This document shows positions 35,033 to 44,881 of a DNA stretch of 64,000 nt, one piece after another. The notes under the pieces are model-generated. The model ran no database searches. It had not been told where the DNA came from and saw nothing but the letters and a program-made list of their open reading frames with translations. The DNA comes from Tubulanus polymorphus (taxonomy: Eukaryota; Animalia; Nemertea), in NCBI RefSeq assembly GCF_964204645.1, contig NC_134030.1, forward strand, positions 14,632,110 through 14,696,109. Direction: 5' to 3'. How positions within the stretch are numbered: position 1 is the stretch's first letter; every line of letters starts with the position of its first letter. Made by a program: the position numbers and the translations under genes.

Positions 35033-36640
35033 ATGGATGTAGAAGGTGGAGAAGATATTCCATTGGATGACATGGGAAATAATAATGAAGGATATATTGA
35101 TAATGATTATAATGATGCAGGCGCTAATATTTATAATGATGATGAATCAGCATATAATACTAATTTAGCAGATAGTGGTTCTAAAGCCCCATCAACAGAT
35201 GAATTTGATAGAAGAACTAGATCGAGAATACCTACTGAAAATTTAGACCCAGGTTTATCAAAAGAAGATATAGAAAATAGTAAATTTATATATAAGTTCC
35301 AACCTGTATTTGAAAGATCTGGATATAATATAAATGACAGAGGGGCCAGACTTTTAGTAGAAAATTTAAAATCTTTAGATAATGAATATTATTATCATTT
35401 GAAAGATGATTATTATATTAATATCACTAATCAAAGTACAAAACTAAGTAAAATATTAGCAGAATCAACTTTGCTTAAGTTAGAACCAGATAGAATTAAG
35501 AGAATAAGTAATAGTAATGAAATAACTGATGTTACACAAGAAGAAAGAAATAATAATATAAGAGTATTTAGTGAAAGAATTGATAACTTATTTAAAATAA
35601 TCGATAATAATTTAGAAACAGAAATGGAAGAGAATAGAGATCGATTAGATAAATTAAGATCTTCAACACCCGAAACATCTAGAAGAGATATTCAACAAAT
35701 TGATAATGATTCAAATCAATTACAATTAGGAAAACATTTTGATAGCATGTTAGATGCAATTCATTCATTTGACGAAGAGATGAATAGTATTTTAGATACA
35801 CCCGGTACTGAAACTGGAATAAATCGAATACAATCTTTACTAGAAAAAGGATTATTTGATTTAACTGATGATGAATTAGAAGCATTTCCTGAACAAGCAC
35901 GTAGAGAAATTAAAGGTATGCAAGAATCAGCTGATAAAATTGCGCATGAAAAAAGTAAAAGAGATATTAAAATTAGATTTTTAGAAAAAGATAGAACTGA
36001 TAAAAATAAAAAAATAGAACAATTAAAATTAGATAGAGATAATAAAGTTATTGAAGAAATTGAATTTAAAAAAAGAAATGCATATTTAGAAAAAGAAATT
36101 GATGATTTAGAATATAACATAGAATTACAAAAAGAAGAAATTAAATTATTGTTCAAATCATATGATTATAATATTAATAGATTAAAAGTTATTTTTAAAG
36201 ATTTGTTGATTAAACCAAATTCTGAAATATCATTAAAAGACAGAATAAGATTATTATTTAAATTAGAAGGAATAACAATTCTTTCAATTCTAACAGCTGT
36301 AACTATGTTATTTACAACAATTGGTTTAGCAATATCAAATGCTTTAAAATCTACTCCTACTCCCACTCCCAATAAACCAGATAAACCTCCAGGTAATAAT
36401 TCTATACAAGATAAAGTTAAGGATGGTTTAAAGAAATTAGCAAAATATTTATGGGAACTATCAAAGAAATCTGCTGCAGCTTTACCAGGAGTTATTGCAT
36501 GCTTCAATTGTTGGTTTTATATTGAAATCTGCAGGAAACATTATTAACTTTGCTGCTGAACATATTATTTTATTTTTAATTACAATTGTAAGTGCTATTA
36601 TTTTTGGTTTAGTAAATATGATATCAAAAAATATCAAGTA
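35033..36640 (+). pseudogene. Coiled-coil protein with C-terminal membrane/amphipathic helices, frameshifted near 36500
   Basis: Acidic N-terminus, long coiled coil, TM ITILSILTAVTMLFTTIGLAI; a 4-nt duplication (GCATGCTT) shifts the frame relative to copy A. Confidence 0.7.
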
Positions 36641-36712
36641 AACATGATATCAAAAAATATCAAGTAAACCATGATATCAAAAAATAAATAATTAATTTTT
36701 TTTGTTAAATAA

Positions 36713-37960
36713 ATGAGTGGGAGTTATATAAGTCCTTCGAAGAATCATAGAATATCTAATGCTATTAAAGCAGAAAGATCACATCATATAATTACTCATA
36801 ACCCTTCAAATATTAATCCCGATGAAACTTTATACGTTAGAATTCCTAGATTAACACAAAATACTTTTTATGTTCCAAATAGTATTTATTTATCAGCCGA
36901 TATAAAAGTAATCGGTAATAATAATAATTATGTTGTTGATAATGTTGGAAGATATTTGATTAAAAAGTTAACAATAAAGATTGGTCCAGGAACAGTTTTC
37001 TCATTAGATGATTATAATTTATTTTCACATTATAAAGATTTATGGTTAACTAAAGAAAATAGAAATAATATGATATTTCAAGGAATTCAATCAGAAAACC
37101 AAAATAAATTAAGATCAGAAGCTAATAGCGCAATATTAACAAATGATGTAGATAAATTGATAAAAAGTATATATGGAAGCAAATATAAAATTCCATTAGA
37201 CTTTGAATTGATAAATAATAATGCACCTTTATATAAATACGCAATTCAAGAAGATATTATATTTGAGATAACATTTGCTCCTGTAAATGAAATTGTATTA
37301 TCTAGCGTTAATAAAGATATGAGTTATAAATTATCGAATATATGTTTAGAATATGATACAGTAACTGATGAAAATATTTCAAGTATAATTCAAACTCAAT
37401 ACAATCAAGGGTTTTCATTATTATATGATTATATTGATAAATTTAAAACTGTAACTATTAATGCAAATGATGAAATAATTAATGAGAATATTAACTTCCC
37501 AAGAAGATCTATTAAAGGTATATTAATATTTTTTACCATTGGAACGTATACTAATGGCGCAATAAATGTTGATAATTATTATAATCCTGAAATAACAAAA
37601 GTAGAAATAACTATCGAAGGTATAGCGAATAAAATATTTTGTCAAGGAATGAGAATGATAGATCAATGGGTAGAAATTAAAAAACATTTTATGAATGAAA
37701 AAGTAAAATCATCTGAAAATTGTAACATTAATCAAATTGATTATTATGCCGGTAATAAATATGCATTATGGTTAGATTTTAGAACAACTGAAGATAATTC
37801 ATTTCATGGTTCTGGAAAAAAACTACAGAACACTAAAGATGGAATACAATTATTCATGACAAAGAAAAAGGGAATCAAAAATTTTAAAATGCACATTTAT
37901 ATTATATCTGACGCACAATTAAATATTGTAAATTCACAATTAGATAGTGTTATGTATTAA
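36713..37960 (+). CDS. Major capsid protein (double jelly-roll, hexon-like)
   Basis: Intact 415-aa beta-rich ORF, highly conserved between the copies; size and position fit a Polinton MCP. Confidence 0.8.
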   Translation: MSGSYISPSKNHRISNAIKAERSHHIITHNPSNINPDETLYVRIPRLTQNTFYVPNSIYLSADIKVIGNNNNYVVDNVGRYLIKKLTIKIGPGTVFSLDDYNLFSHYKDLWLTKENRNNMIFQGIQSENQNKLRSEANSAILTNDVDKLIKSIYGSKYKIPLDFELINNNAPLYKYAIQEDIIFEITFAPVNEIVLSSVNKDMSYKLSNICLEYDTVTDENISSIIQTQYNQGFSLLYDYIDKFKTVTINANDEIINENINFPRRSIKGILIFFTIGTYTNGAINVDNYYNPEITKVEITIEGIANKIFCQGMRMIDQWVEIKKHFMNEKVKSSENCNINQIDYYAGNKYALWLDFRTTEDNSFHGSGKKLQNTKDGIQLFMTKKKGIKNFKMHIYIISDAQLNIVNSQLDSVMY

Positions 37961-37992
37961 AATTTTAACTTTAATAAAAATATATATAATAA

Positions 37993-38962
37993 ATGGAAGG
38001 AGGTAAAGTATATGAAAGAATCAAAGCTGATAAAGAAATCAATGATAATTTGTATTATGTAATACCTTATAAAAGAATAAATGAATATATTGGAACATTT
38101 TTATTAAATGAATTAAATCAATACAAAGAATATTTAATTGAACGTAATAATAATAAAAGTGGTGTTGTTAATAATAGTGTAATTGATAATAATGTAATAC
38201 CTACTACATCTGTAATACCTACTACATCTGTAATACCTACTACTACATCTGTAATACCTACTACATCTGTAATACCTACTACATCAAATAATGTAATACC
38301 TACTACATCTGTAATACCCTCTACATCAAATAATGTAATACCTTCTACATCTAATAATAAAATAATATTAGATGTTAGTGAAAATAGAAATTATTGTGGT
38401 TATTATAATGGTGAATTTTCAAACGCTCCATCAAATTGGAATAAACATATGAATACAAATTCACATATTACTAATGTTATAGAACGTGTTGGTTTATGAG
38501 AATTTATAGAACACCCATTTAGATATGTTACAAAATTTGTTTCAAATAAAAAAGTAAATGGTAAAGAATTATATGAAGATTTTTTATTAACAACACCTAA
38601 TAAAGATGAATTAGATTTAACCGATGCTAATGAAATATTAGGATCAAATATTGTAAATGAAATATTAGGATCAAACACTAATAAAGATGATAATGAAAAT
38701 GATGCCATACGCCCACATGGTGATAAAGTTACAGATAAGCATATTGATAATAAAGATTCTATAAAACTTAAAGTAGAAAATAATGATAAATTTGATTGGA
38801 TCAATAAGCTTAACAATAAAACAACTATTGATGATTCGGTAAAAAAGGTGAAAAAAAATTATAAAGATGTTGATGTAGATTCGGTAGAGCAGTTAAATAT
38901 GTTGTTAGGGCCGTCTGATAGTGAAAGTGATTCAGAAATTAATTATCTAACACTCGAATAAT
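37993..38962 (+). pseudogene. Hypothetical protein with VIPTTS mucin-like repeats; premature TGA at 38497-38499
   Basis: Homolog of 14794-15678; 18/24-bp tandem repeats at ~38190-38355. Confidence 0.6.
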
Positions 38963-39017
38963 AAAGGTTGAAAATTGTATAAAATAATAGTAAATAAAAA
39001 AAGGGTTTTAATTATTT

Positions 39018-39172
39018 AAGGTATCTAATAGGGTATCAGGTATAAGGGTATCAGGTATTAGGGTATCTAATGGGGTATTAGAGGTATTAGGGTATCTAAT
39101 AGGGTATCAGGTATTAGGGTATCAGGTATAAGGGTATCTAATGGGGTATTAGGTATAAGGGTATCTAATACA
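39018..39172. repeat. GGGTATC(TAATA/AGGTATTA) short tandem repeats at the convergence of the two transcription units (also ~15985-16060)
   Basis: Repeats are directly visible between the end of the plus-strand array and the ATPase stop. Confidence 0.8.
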
Positions 39173-39187
39173 TAGGTATACAAATAG

Positions 39188-39799
39188 TTATTTTATAAAT
39201 TTATATTCATATGGAAATTGTAATCTCATAAGTAATTTGGAACCTTTATTATTCTTTAATTTATTCATATATTCATCATGTAATTCAGTAGGTATAATTT
39301 GATTTTCTTCCAATGATTGTTGCATAGATTTTCTATCTTTGTTATAAAATAAAACTAGAAATCTTATATTCTCCCTAAAATCTTTCACAATTGAATTATA
39401 TTTCTGATTTAAAACCCATGTTGTTATCCCAAAATGTCTACCAGAGAAAGCTAAATAACATAACTCACTTTCTCTAATTTTAGAATCATGTAAATTTGCG
39501 CAATCGTCGATAATAAATAATGTATTAGATCCTTTATAAATATCTAATGCAATTTTTATACAATTATCTAAATTATCTTTTACTGTTTTAGGATCTAATA
39601 TAATAAACTTTTTTATCTTAACTATATCTCTATTATATGTTTTATTCATTTCATAAGTAGGACAGAATAATATTATATTACCAAAATGATTCTTATAAAT
39701 AGTTTCTAACAAATCTAATATGAAATGTGTTTTACCACAATTGGTTACACCAGTAACTAACATATTATGAGGTTCAAATATAAATAAATCTTTATTCAT
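39188..39799 (-). CDS. A32/FtsK-like DNA packaging ATPase
   Basis: GVTNCGKT, FIIDD and GRH motifs; intact. Confidence 0.92.
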   Translation of the reverse strand: MNKDLFIFEPHNMLVTGVTNCGKTHFILDLLETIYKNHFGNIILFCPTYEMNKTYNRDIVKIKKFIILDPKTVKDNLDNCIKIALDIYKGSNTLFIIDDCANLHDSKIRESELCYLAFSGRHFGITTWVLNQKYNSIVKDFRENIRFLVLFYNKDRKSMQQSLEENQIIPTELHDEYMNKLKNNKGSKLLMRLQFPYEYKFIK

Positions 39800-40877
39800 T
39801 TATTCTTTTAATTTTACTAGATAAAATCCATTCATTAAATTTATCATCATATCCTTTATATTTCACCAGAGAATACTTTTTTCCTTTAAGAGTTTTTGTT
39901 TTCAATACCTTTTCTATTTTGTATTCTATTTCATCTGGATTTGGTACTAATGATAATTCTTGTTCATAAAAATAACCTAATATTTCTTCATCTTTTAAAT
40001 CAAACAATTTATAAACAAATGGTTTAGTTAATATTATCTTTTTAATTTTAAATATTTCTTCAGTAAAATTTGGGGTATAACCTTTATAAAATGTTTTTCG
40101 ATATTTAGAAATTCTAACATGTTGTCCTATTTTAAATTTAGGTTCTCCAAAATCATGTGTAACAAATGCTCCATATAAATTATTCCAAACTATTTCTGAA
40201 TTTTCTTCTTTTCTAGCTTGTATAGGTTTCATATTTATAGAACTATGTTTAGAATTATTATAACCTTTAACTAAATCATCTAATACATTGATATATTTAT
40301 ATGTTTCATTAGCGGTGAAATATTTCCACATTCTAGTTTTCAATGTTTTATTAAATCTTTCTATAACAGATGCTTTTTTATCTGAATGTGTTGAAAAATA
40401 TTCTACATCGTTATCAGTTAATAGTTTTTTAAAATGTTTGTTATAAAATTCTTTACCTTCATCAAATTGTATTTTATCTGGAATAGCTTCTTTAAATATT
40501 AATTTGAAAGAATTTGTAACTTCTATACCGGTTTTATTTTTAATCGGGATACTCCATGCGTATCTACTGAATATATCTATAACATTTAGTATCCAAAAAT
40601 ATCCTTTGTTATATTCTTCTAAGTTCTTCATGTCAATTAAATCTGCTTGCCATTGTTGATCGATATATGAAACCATTACTTTTCTTGTTAAATATTTTTT
40701 ATCCATCTTTTTATGAATTTGATATGTTGGTTGATTTTGTAACCATGATTTTAATTCACTATATTTTATATTGCTATTATCAGATTTAATTTTATCCCAT
40801 AATTCCGAAACACTTGAATATGAAACTTCGCTTTCTGGGTTGTAATATAACGCTCTTAAATATTGTTCTTTTTTCAT
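39792..40877 (-). CDS. Polinton RVE integrase with C-terminal chromodomain
   Basis: DDE core motifs and chromo-like C-terminus; intact. Confidence 0.93.
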   Translation of the reverse strand: MKKEQYLRALYYNPESEVSYSSVSELWDKIKSDNSNIKYSELKSWLQNQPTYQIHKKMDKKYLTRKVMVSYIDQQWQADLIDMKNLEEYNKGYFWILNVIDIFSRYAWSIPIKNKTGIEVTNSFKLIFKEAIPDKIQFDEGKEFYNKHFKKLLTDNDVEYFSTHSDKKASVIERFNKTLKTRMWKYFTANETYKYINVLDDLVKGYNNSKHSSINMKPIQARKEENSEIVWNNLYGAFVTHDFGEPKFKIGQHVRISKYRKTFYKGYTPNFTEEIFKIKKIILTKPFVYKLFDLKDEEILGYFYEQELSLVPNPDEIEYKIEKVLKTKTLKGKKYSLVKYKGYDDKFNEWILSSKIKRINE

Positions 40878-40883
40878 CTTATT

Positions 40884-41279
40884 TTAATCCATTAATAATA
40901 ATCTTGGTTTATTTTCAATGACTTTATCATTTGACTTATTTTCTGGTATGATAGGTTTATTGTCATTGGAATCATCTTTATCATTAGATTTGAATTTATG
41001 TTTATATATTACACCGGAGAATATAATAATTGTGATTAACCCAATTGTTATATATAAGTAATTATTTCTTCCACTATTAGAAGAATCAGATGGATTATTA
41101 TTTGAATTAATACCACCGTGTGGGTGCCGTACGGCATCATCAGATAATTTCTGTGATTCATTTATATCAGTTAATTTCTTTTTCTTAGCTTTTTTTAATT
41201 CTGATGATCTTTTACCTAATTCTCTTGCCCATTTAATTTGTTTCTCGGATCTAGCCTTTTTCTTAACGCTATCACTCAT
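40884..41279 (-). CDS. Small basic single-pass membrane protein
   Basis: Homolog of 18617-18976. Confidence 0.7.
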   Translation of the reverse strand: MSDSVKKKARSEKQIKWARELGKRSSELKKAKKKKLTDINESQKLSDDAVRHPHGGINSNNNPSDSSNSGRNNYLYITIGLITIIIFSGVIYKHKFKSNDKDDSNDNKPIIPENKSNDKVIENKPRLLLMD

Positions 41280-41856
41280 TTATTTTAGTTAATTTTTGTT
41301 CTGATTCATTTTCTGTTTCGACGTTTGGTTGTAGTACATCTGTTTCGTTCTTACCTGATTTATATTCCATAGGTTTGATGTTCGAAAATGTAATGACACC
41401 AGTAGAAATTAATGTCATAACCGATCCTAATTGAAATGAAGCATATCCAACCCATTTTTGTAATTCAGTCATAACTAAATAGTCATTTTTCAAATCATTA
41501 TATAATTTATTTTCATCATCAATTGGTATTAACTGGTTACATAACTTAGAATAACATTTTACAATACCATCTGAAATAGAATCCTTTATTTTAGATAATC
41601 TTGCCTCTTCATAAATCTTAAAATATTTTATTACTTTTTCTTTATTCATATTATCTAATTCTTGAAAAGTTATTGTTTTACCAATAAACTCTTTAGTTTT
41701 TCCACTCGCAATCAATAGTTCTAGATGATGCTTACAATATAAATAGTATTCATAATCTATAGAATTAGAAACAACTGTATCTTTATTATCACTTATACCC
41801 AAATCATCTAATGTTTTTTCAATATCAATACTATTCTTATTCGATTTCTTAGACAT
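41272..41856 (-). CDS. Polinton hypothetical protein
   Basis: Homolog of 18022-18624. Confidence 0.7.
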   Translation of the reverse strand: MSKKSNKNSIDIEKTLDDLGISDNKDTVVSNSIDYEYYLYCKHHLELLIASGKTKEFIGKTITFQELDNMNKEKVIKYFKIYEEARLSKIKDSISDGIVKCYSKLCNQLIPIDDENKLYNDLKNDYLVMTELQKWVGYASFQLGSVMTLISTGVITFSNIKPMEYKSGKNETDVLQPNVETENESEQKLTKINE

Positions 41857-43394
41857 TTATATTAGAGAAATTTAATAAGAATAGTATTATAAGTATTCTT
41901 CAAATGATACTAGATAGTTAAAGTTAAAGAACTCTAGTATTGACTACTGATACTAGCTATTTGAATTTAAAGAATATCTATTTGAATCTATTCAAAATAT
42001 AAAGTATTCTCTTTTGAAAAGAAAGTATTAAAAATATAATAGAATTCACTAGCTAGTTGAAGTTATTGTTTTTTTATTATATTTTATTTGAATTAGGATT
42101 TAATATCTCACTACTATTGTCTATCTATAGGAGCGGTAACTATAACTGTCCAGATAAGTCATTTCGGATTCTCGATAATAAATCCTAAAACTGAAAATAA
42201 ATTCAAAGAAACGACTGGTGGAAATATTATTTCATAAACACATATATTTATTATGTAAATTTTAGCGATCGATAATAGAACAATGGAGAACAATAGAAAT
42301 GTGGTCCAATCGGACCGGTTATTGCGCAATACACAGTTATATTTTTATTCTGTAAACTACAACATTCACACATAGAAATGTAACCAATCAATATTGAGCA
42401 GCTGTTTCAGTCAACAACGATCAATAATAGAACAATGGAGAACAATAGAAATGCGGTCCAATCGGACCGGTTATTGCGCAATACTTAGTTAACAGTAAAC
42501 AATACAATATTAAAACAGATATATACAATCGAGATTACATTTTTGATATCTATATTACAAAGACTTTCAGTGTTATAATCTATAATTTTGTCTAGAATTC
42601 TTTAATTACTGGATTGTTTCCAATCATTTCTTCAATTTCTGGTAAATATCTTACTACTTCACTAAATGTTAATCCTAATATTTTGAATTTTTCATATTTT
42701 ATTAATCTACCTACTCTTCTCAGTTTTGAAAGAAAACCGGCACTGATATCTCCACTCATTTTCTTAGTTTTCGATTATTTGAGTCCCAACAGCAATTTAA
42801 GTCGCGTTGCTGGTAATTTTGGTAATTGTAGTTCGCGCGGTAATTGTTTATTATGTATTACATCACTCAGAGTTTTCACCATTTCTTGATGATAGTCCAA
42901 ATGTTCTTATAATTTTGTGAAGTTTGTTCGTCAATTACGAGAGTTTCATCCTCCATTTCTATTGATTCCTGAGTTTCACTATCCAGTAGCAATCGTTCCT
43001 CATCCGTTAGTTGGCTTAGAATTTCTGGTTGATCTTTGTGTTCCATTTTAATCTAAAAGATATCGTGAAAATGAATTACTGTACTTAAATATGTTTAAAG
43101 GTTTCCCTACTTCATAATAACTACAAAAAACGGTACTTACATTTAGATTTAGAACTGTAAACTGTGTTTTGAGAGAGAATATCCAATACGTACTATGTAT
43201 GTGAAAGTTGATTTCTAACTGCCGACGTGGCGCACGTTCGACCAAACTAATTACTTCTGCACAGATGTTCTTTATGATGAAGTTAATTAACTCTTTAGAA
43301 TTGAAAACAAGATATATTTGGCAACATATGTTTTAGTAGTAAGCAAAAGCTATGTATTATATACATACAAAGCTCAAATAGAATTGCCAGCTTT

Positions 43395-44060
43395 CTAACC
43401 ACTAATCAAAACCTCAGAATGCGGTTGATTCTGTGAAATACTATTCCATAATTCAACAAATGTCTTTGCTTTATCCAGTTGATCTAAATATAACTGTAAA
43501 TCTAGTTTATTGGATTTAATAATGTTTTCCTTCTTTTCTAAAGGTCTTAGATTCTTCCAATTCCAAATAAGTTTTTTATTGTATTCATCGTTCATGTTAA
43601 ATTTAGAAATCGGAAACACATGATCAATATGAAAGTATTCACCATAATTATCTATATTCATTTTATCATCGAATTGATATATTATCCATGATTTGAGAAA
43701 TTCATCTGAACAACCCAATAAATTAGATAATGTTTCTGAATGTGTTTCTTTGTTGAATAATTGTGTTAATCTAGACCGTAAACATTGTTTTAATCTAAAA
43801 TTAAGATCTGTTTGATATCTTTTTCTCATATATTCTGCCATATAATAATTATAATGTTCTATATTATCTTCTCGGTATTGTTTGGTGTATAGTTTAAAAC
43901 AAGTTTTACAGCAATATTGAAAACCATCTTTGCTAATCTTACGCTTACTAAATTCTGTTAATGATTTATCTAATTCACATTTAGAACACTTCTTGTAGTA
44001 TATGTTTATAACGCCAGTGTTATTTGTAATATTGATAATTTGTGGTTGTTCTGGTTCCAT
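43395..44060 (-). CDS. HNH endonuclease-like protein with Cys zinc finger
   Basis: Homolog of 16224-16877; HIDHVFP...NLRPL...N motif. Confidence 0.7.
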   Translation of the reverse strand: MEPEQPQIINITNNTGVINIYYKKCSKCELDKSLTEFSKRKISKDGFQYCCKTCFKLYTKQYREDNIEHYNYYMAEYMRKRYQTDLNFRLKQCLRSRLTQLFNKETHSETLSNLLGCSDEFLKSWIIYQFDDKMNIDNYGEYFHIDHVFPISKFNMNDEYNKKLIWNWKNLRPLEKKENIIKSNKLDLQLYLDQLDKAKTFVELWNSISQNQPHSEVLISG

Positions 44061-44139
44061 TTATTATACGTATTTTTTTACTAAATTGGTTAATAATTTT
44101 AGAATCCTCTTCCATTTCTTCGACCAACGTCATCCTTTT

Positions 44140-44391
44140 TCATTCCTCGCTGCTTTTGATAAGTTGTTTCGATTCCTTGATATCAAATTCCTCAACGTAT
44201 TGTTCATTATTTGGATCATTATTCCATAATTCAATAAATTTCTTTCCCTTTGTTAACTGTTCTGAATATAACTGTAAATATTCTAGTTTCAATTTATTCT
44301 CTAAATGTGTTCTAGTTTTATTGTGTCTTGCTTTTTGGGATTTATCTATATCGATATTACATGTTGGGCAGTAGTATTTATTTGCTTCCAT
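44140..44391 (-). CDS. Chimeric ORF: pPolB N-terminal C2H2 finger fused to an HNH-ORF-like C-terminal tail
   Basis: First 38 aa are identical to pPolB; the remainder LQLYSEQLTKGKKFIELWN resembles LQLYLDQLDKAKTFVELWN. Confidence 0.55.
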   Translation of the reverse strand: MEANKYYCPTCNIDIDKSQKARHNKTRTHLENKLKLEYLQLYSEQLTKGKKFIELWNNDPNNEQYVEEFDIKESKQLIKSSEE

Positions 44392-44881
44392 TTTAATACT
44401 AAATTTTTTATTAAAATTGATTTTAGAAGTTCAATGATTTAAATGTTATTCATATATATATATGAATATTTTAAGAGTAATAGGGGTAATGGGCTTTCAT
44501 ATCAAAGGTTTAATGATCGAGTTCATTAATAACATATATTAAAAGTAATTAAAAAACTATAATATATTTTCATAACCGCGTGCATTTCAGTTGAATAATA
44601 GAATAATTATTATCATTTGAATATATTTGATTATTTGAATTTGTGTATTGTAATTAAATCAATTGGTCGCGGAGCGGAGCGGTAGCGAAGTGGAGCGACC
44701 AATTGATTTAATACAATATGCTTTTTATATTATTGATATCTTAGAATAAATATTTAGTTTTGATATAAAATGCACGCGGTTATGAAAATATATTATAGTT
44801 TTTTAATTACTTTTAATATTTTGTTTTTTAATGGGCTCGACCGTTCGACCTTTGGTATGAAAGCCCATTACCCCTATTACT
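44278..44881 (-). repeat. Right TIR of Polinton B (palindrome 44476-44881)
   Basis: Reverse complement of 26609-27210. Confidence 0.93.

Larger units (their letters stand above)
26609..44881 (+). mobile_element. Full-length Polinton/Maverick (adintovirus-like endogenous virus) copy B, 18,273 bp
   Basis: 5'-AG...CT-3' ends; 6-bp TSD GCTAAC (26603-26608 and 44882-44887); ~603-bp TIRs; pPolB, penton, MCP, ATPase and integrase genes. Confidence 0.97.

Noticed and set aside
35679-36507. Antisense ORFs over Polinton genes (also 12724-13419, 38403-38816, 44002-44374)
   Set aside because: Shadow frames of AT-rich coding sequence with no independent motifs.
39018-39172. Telomeric TTAGGG repeats suggesting telomere integration
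   Set aside because: TTAGGG occurs only sporadically within a different 12-14-bp unit and lies internal to the element.
27097-44391. Bacteriophage or prokaryotic contamination (dense, intronless, AT-rich genes)
   Set aside because: The gene set, TIRs and TSD are those of a Polinton integrated into a eukaryotic retroelement.
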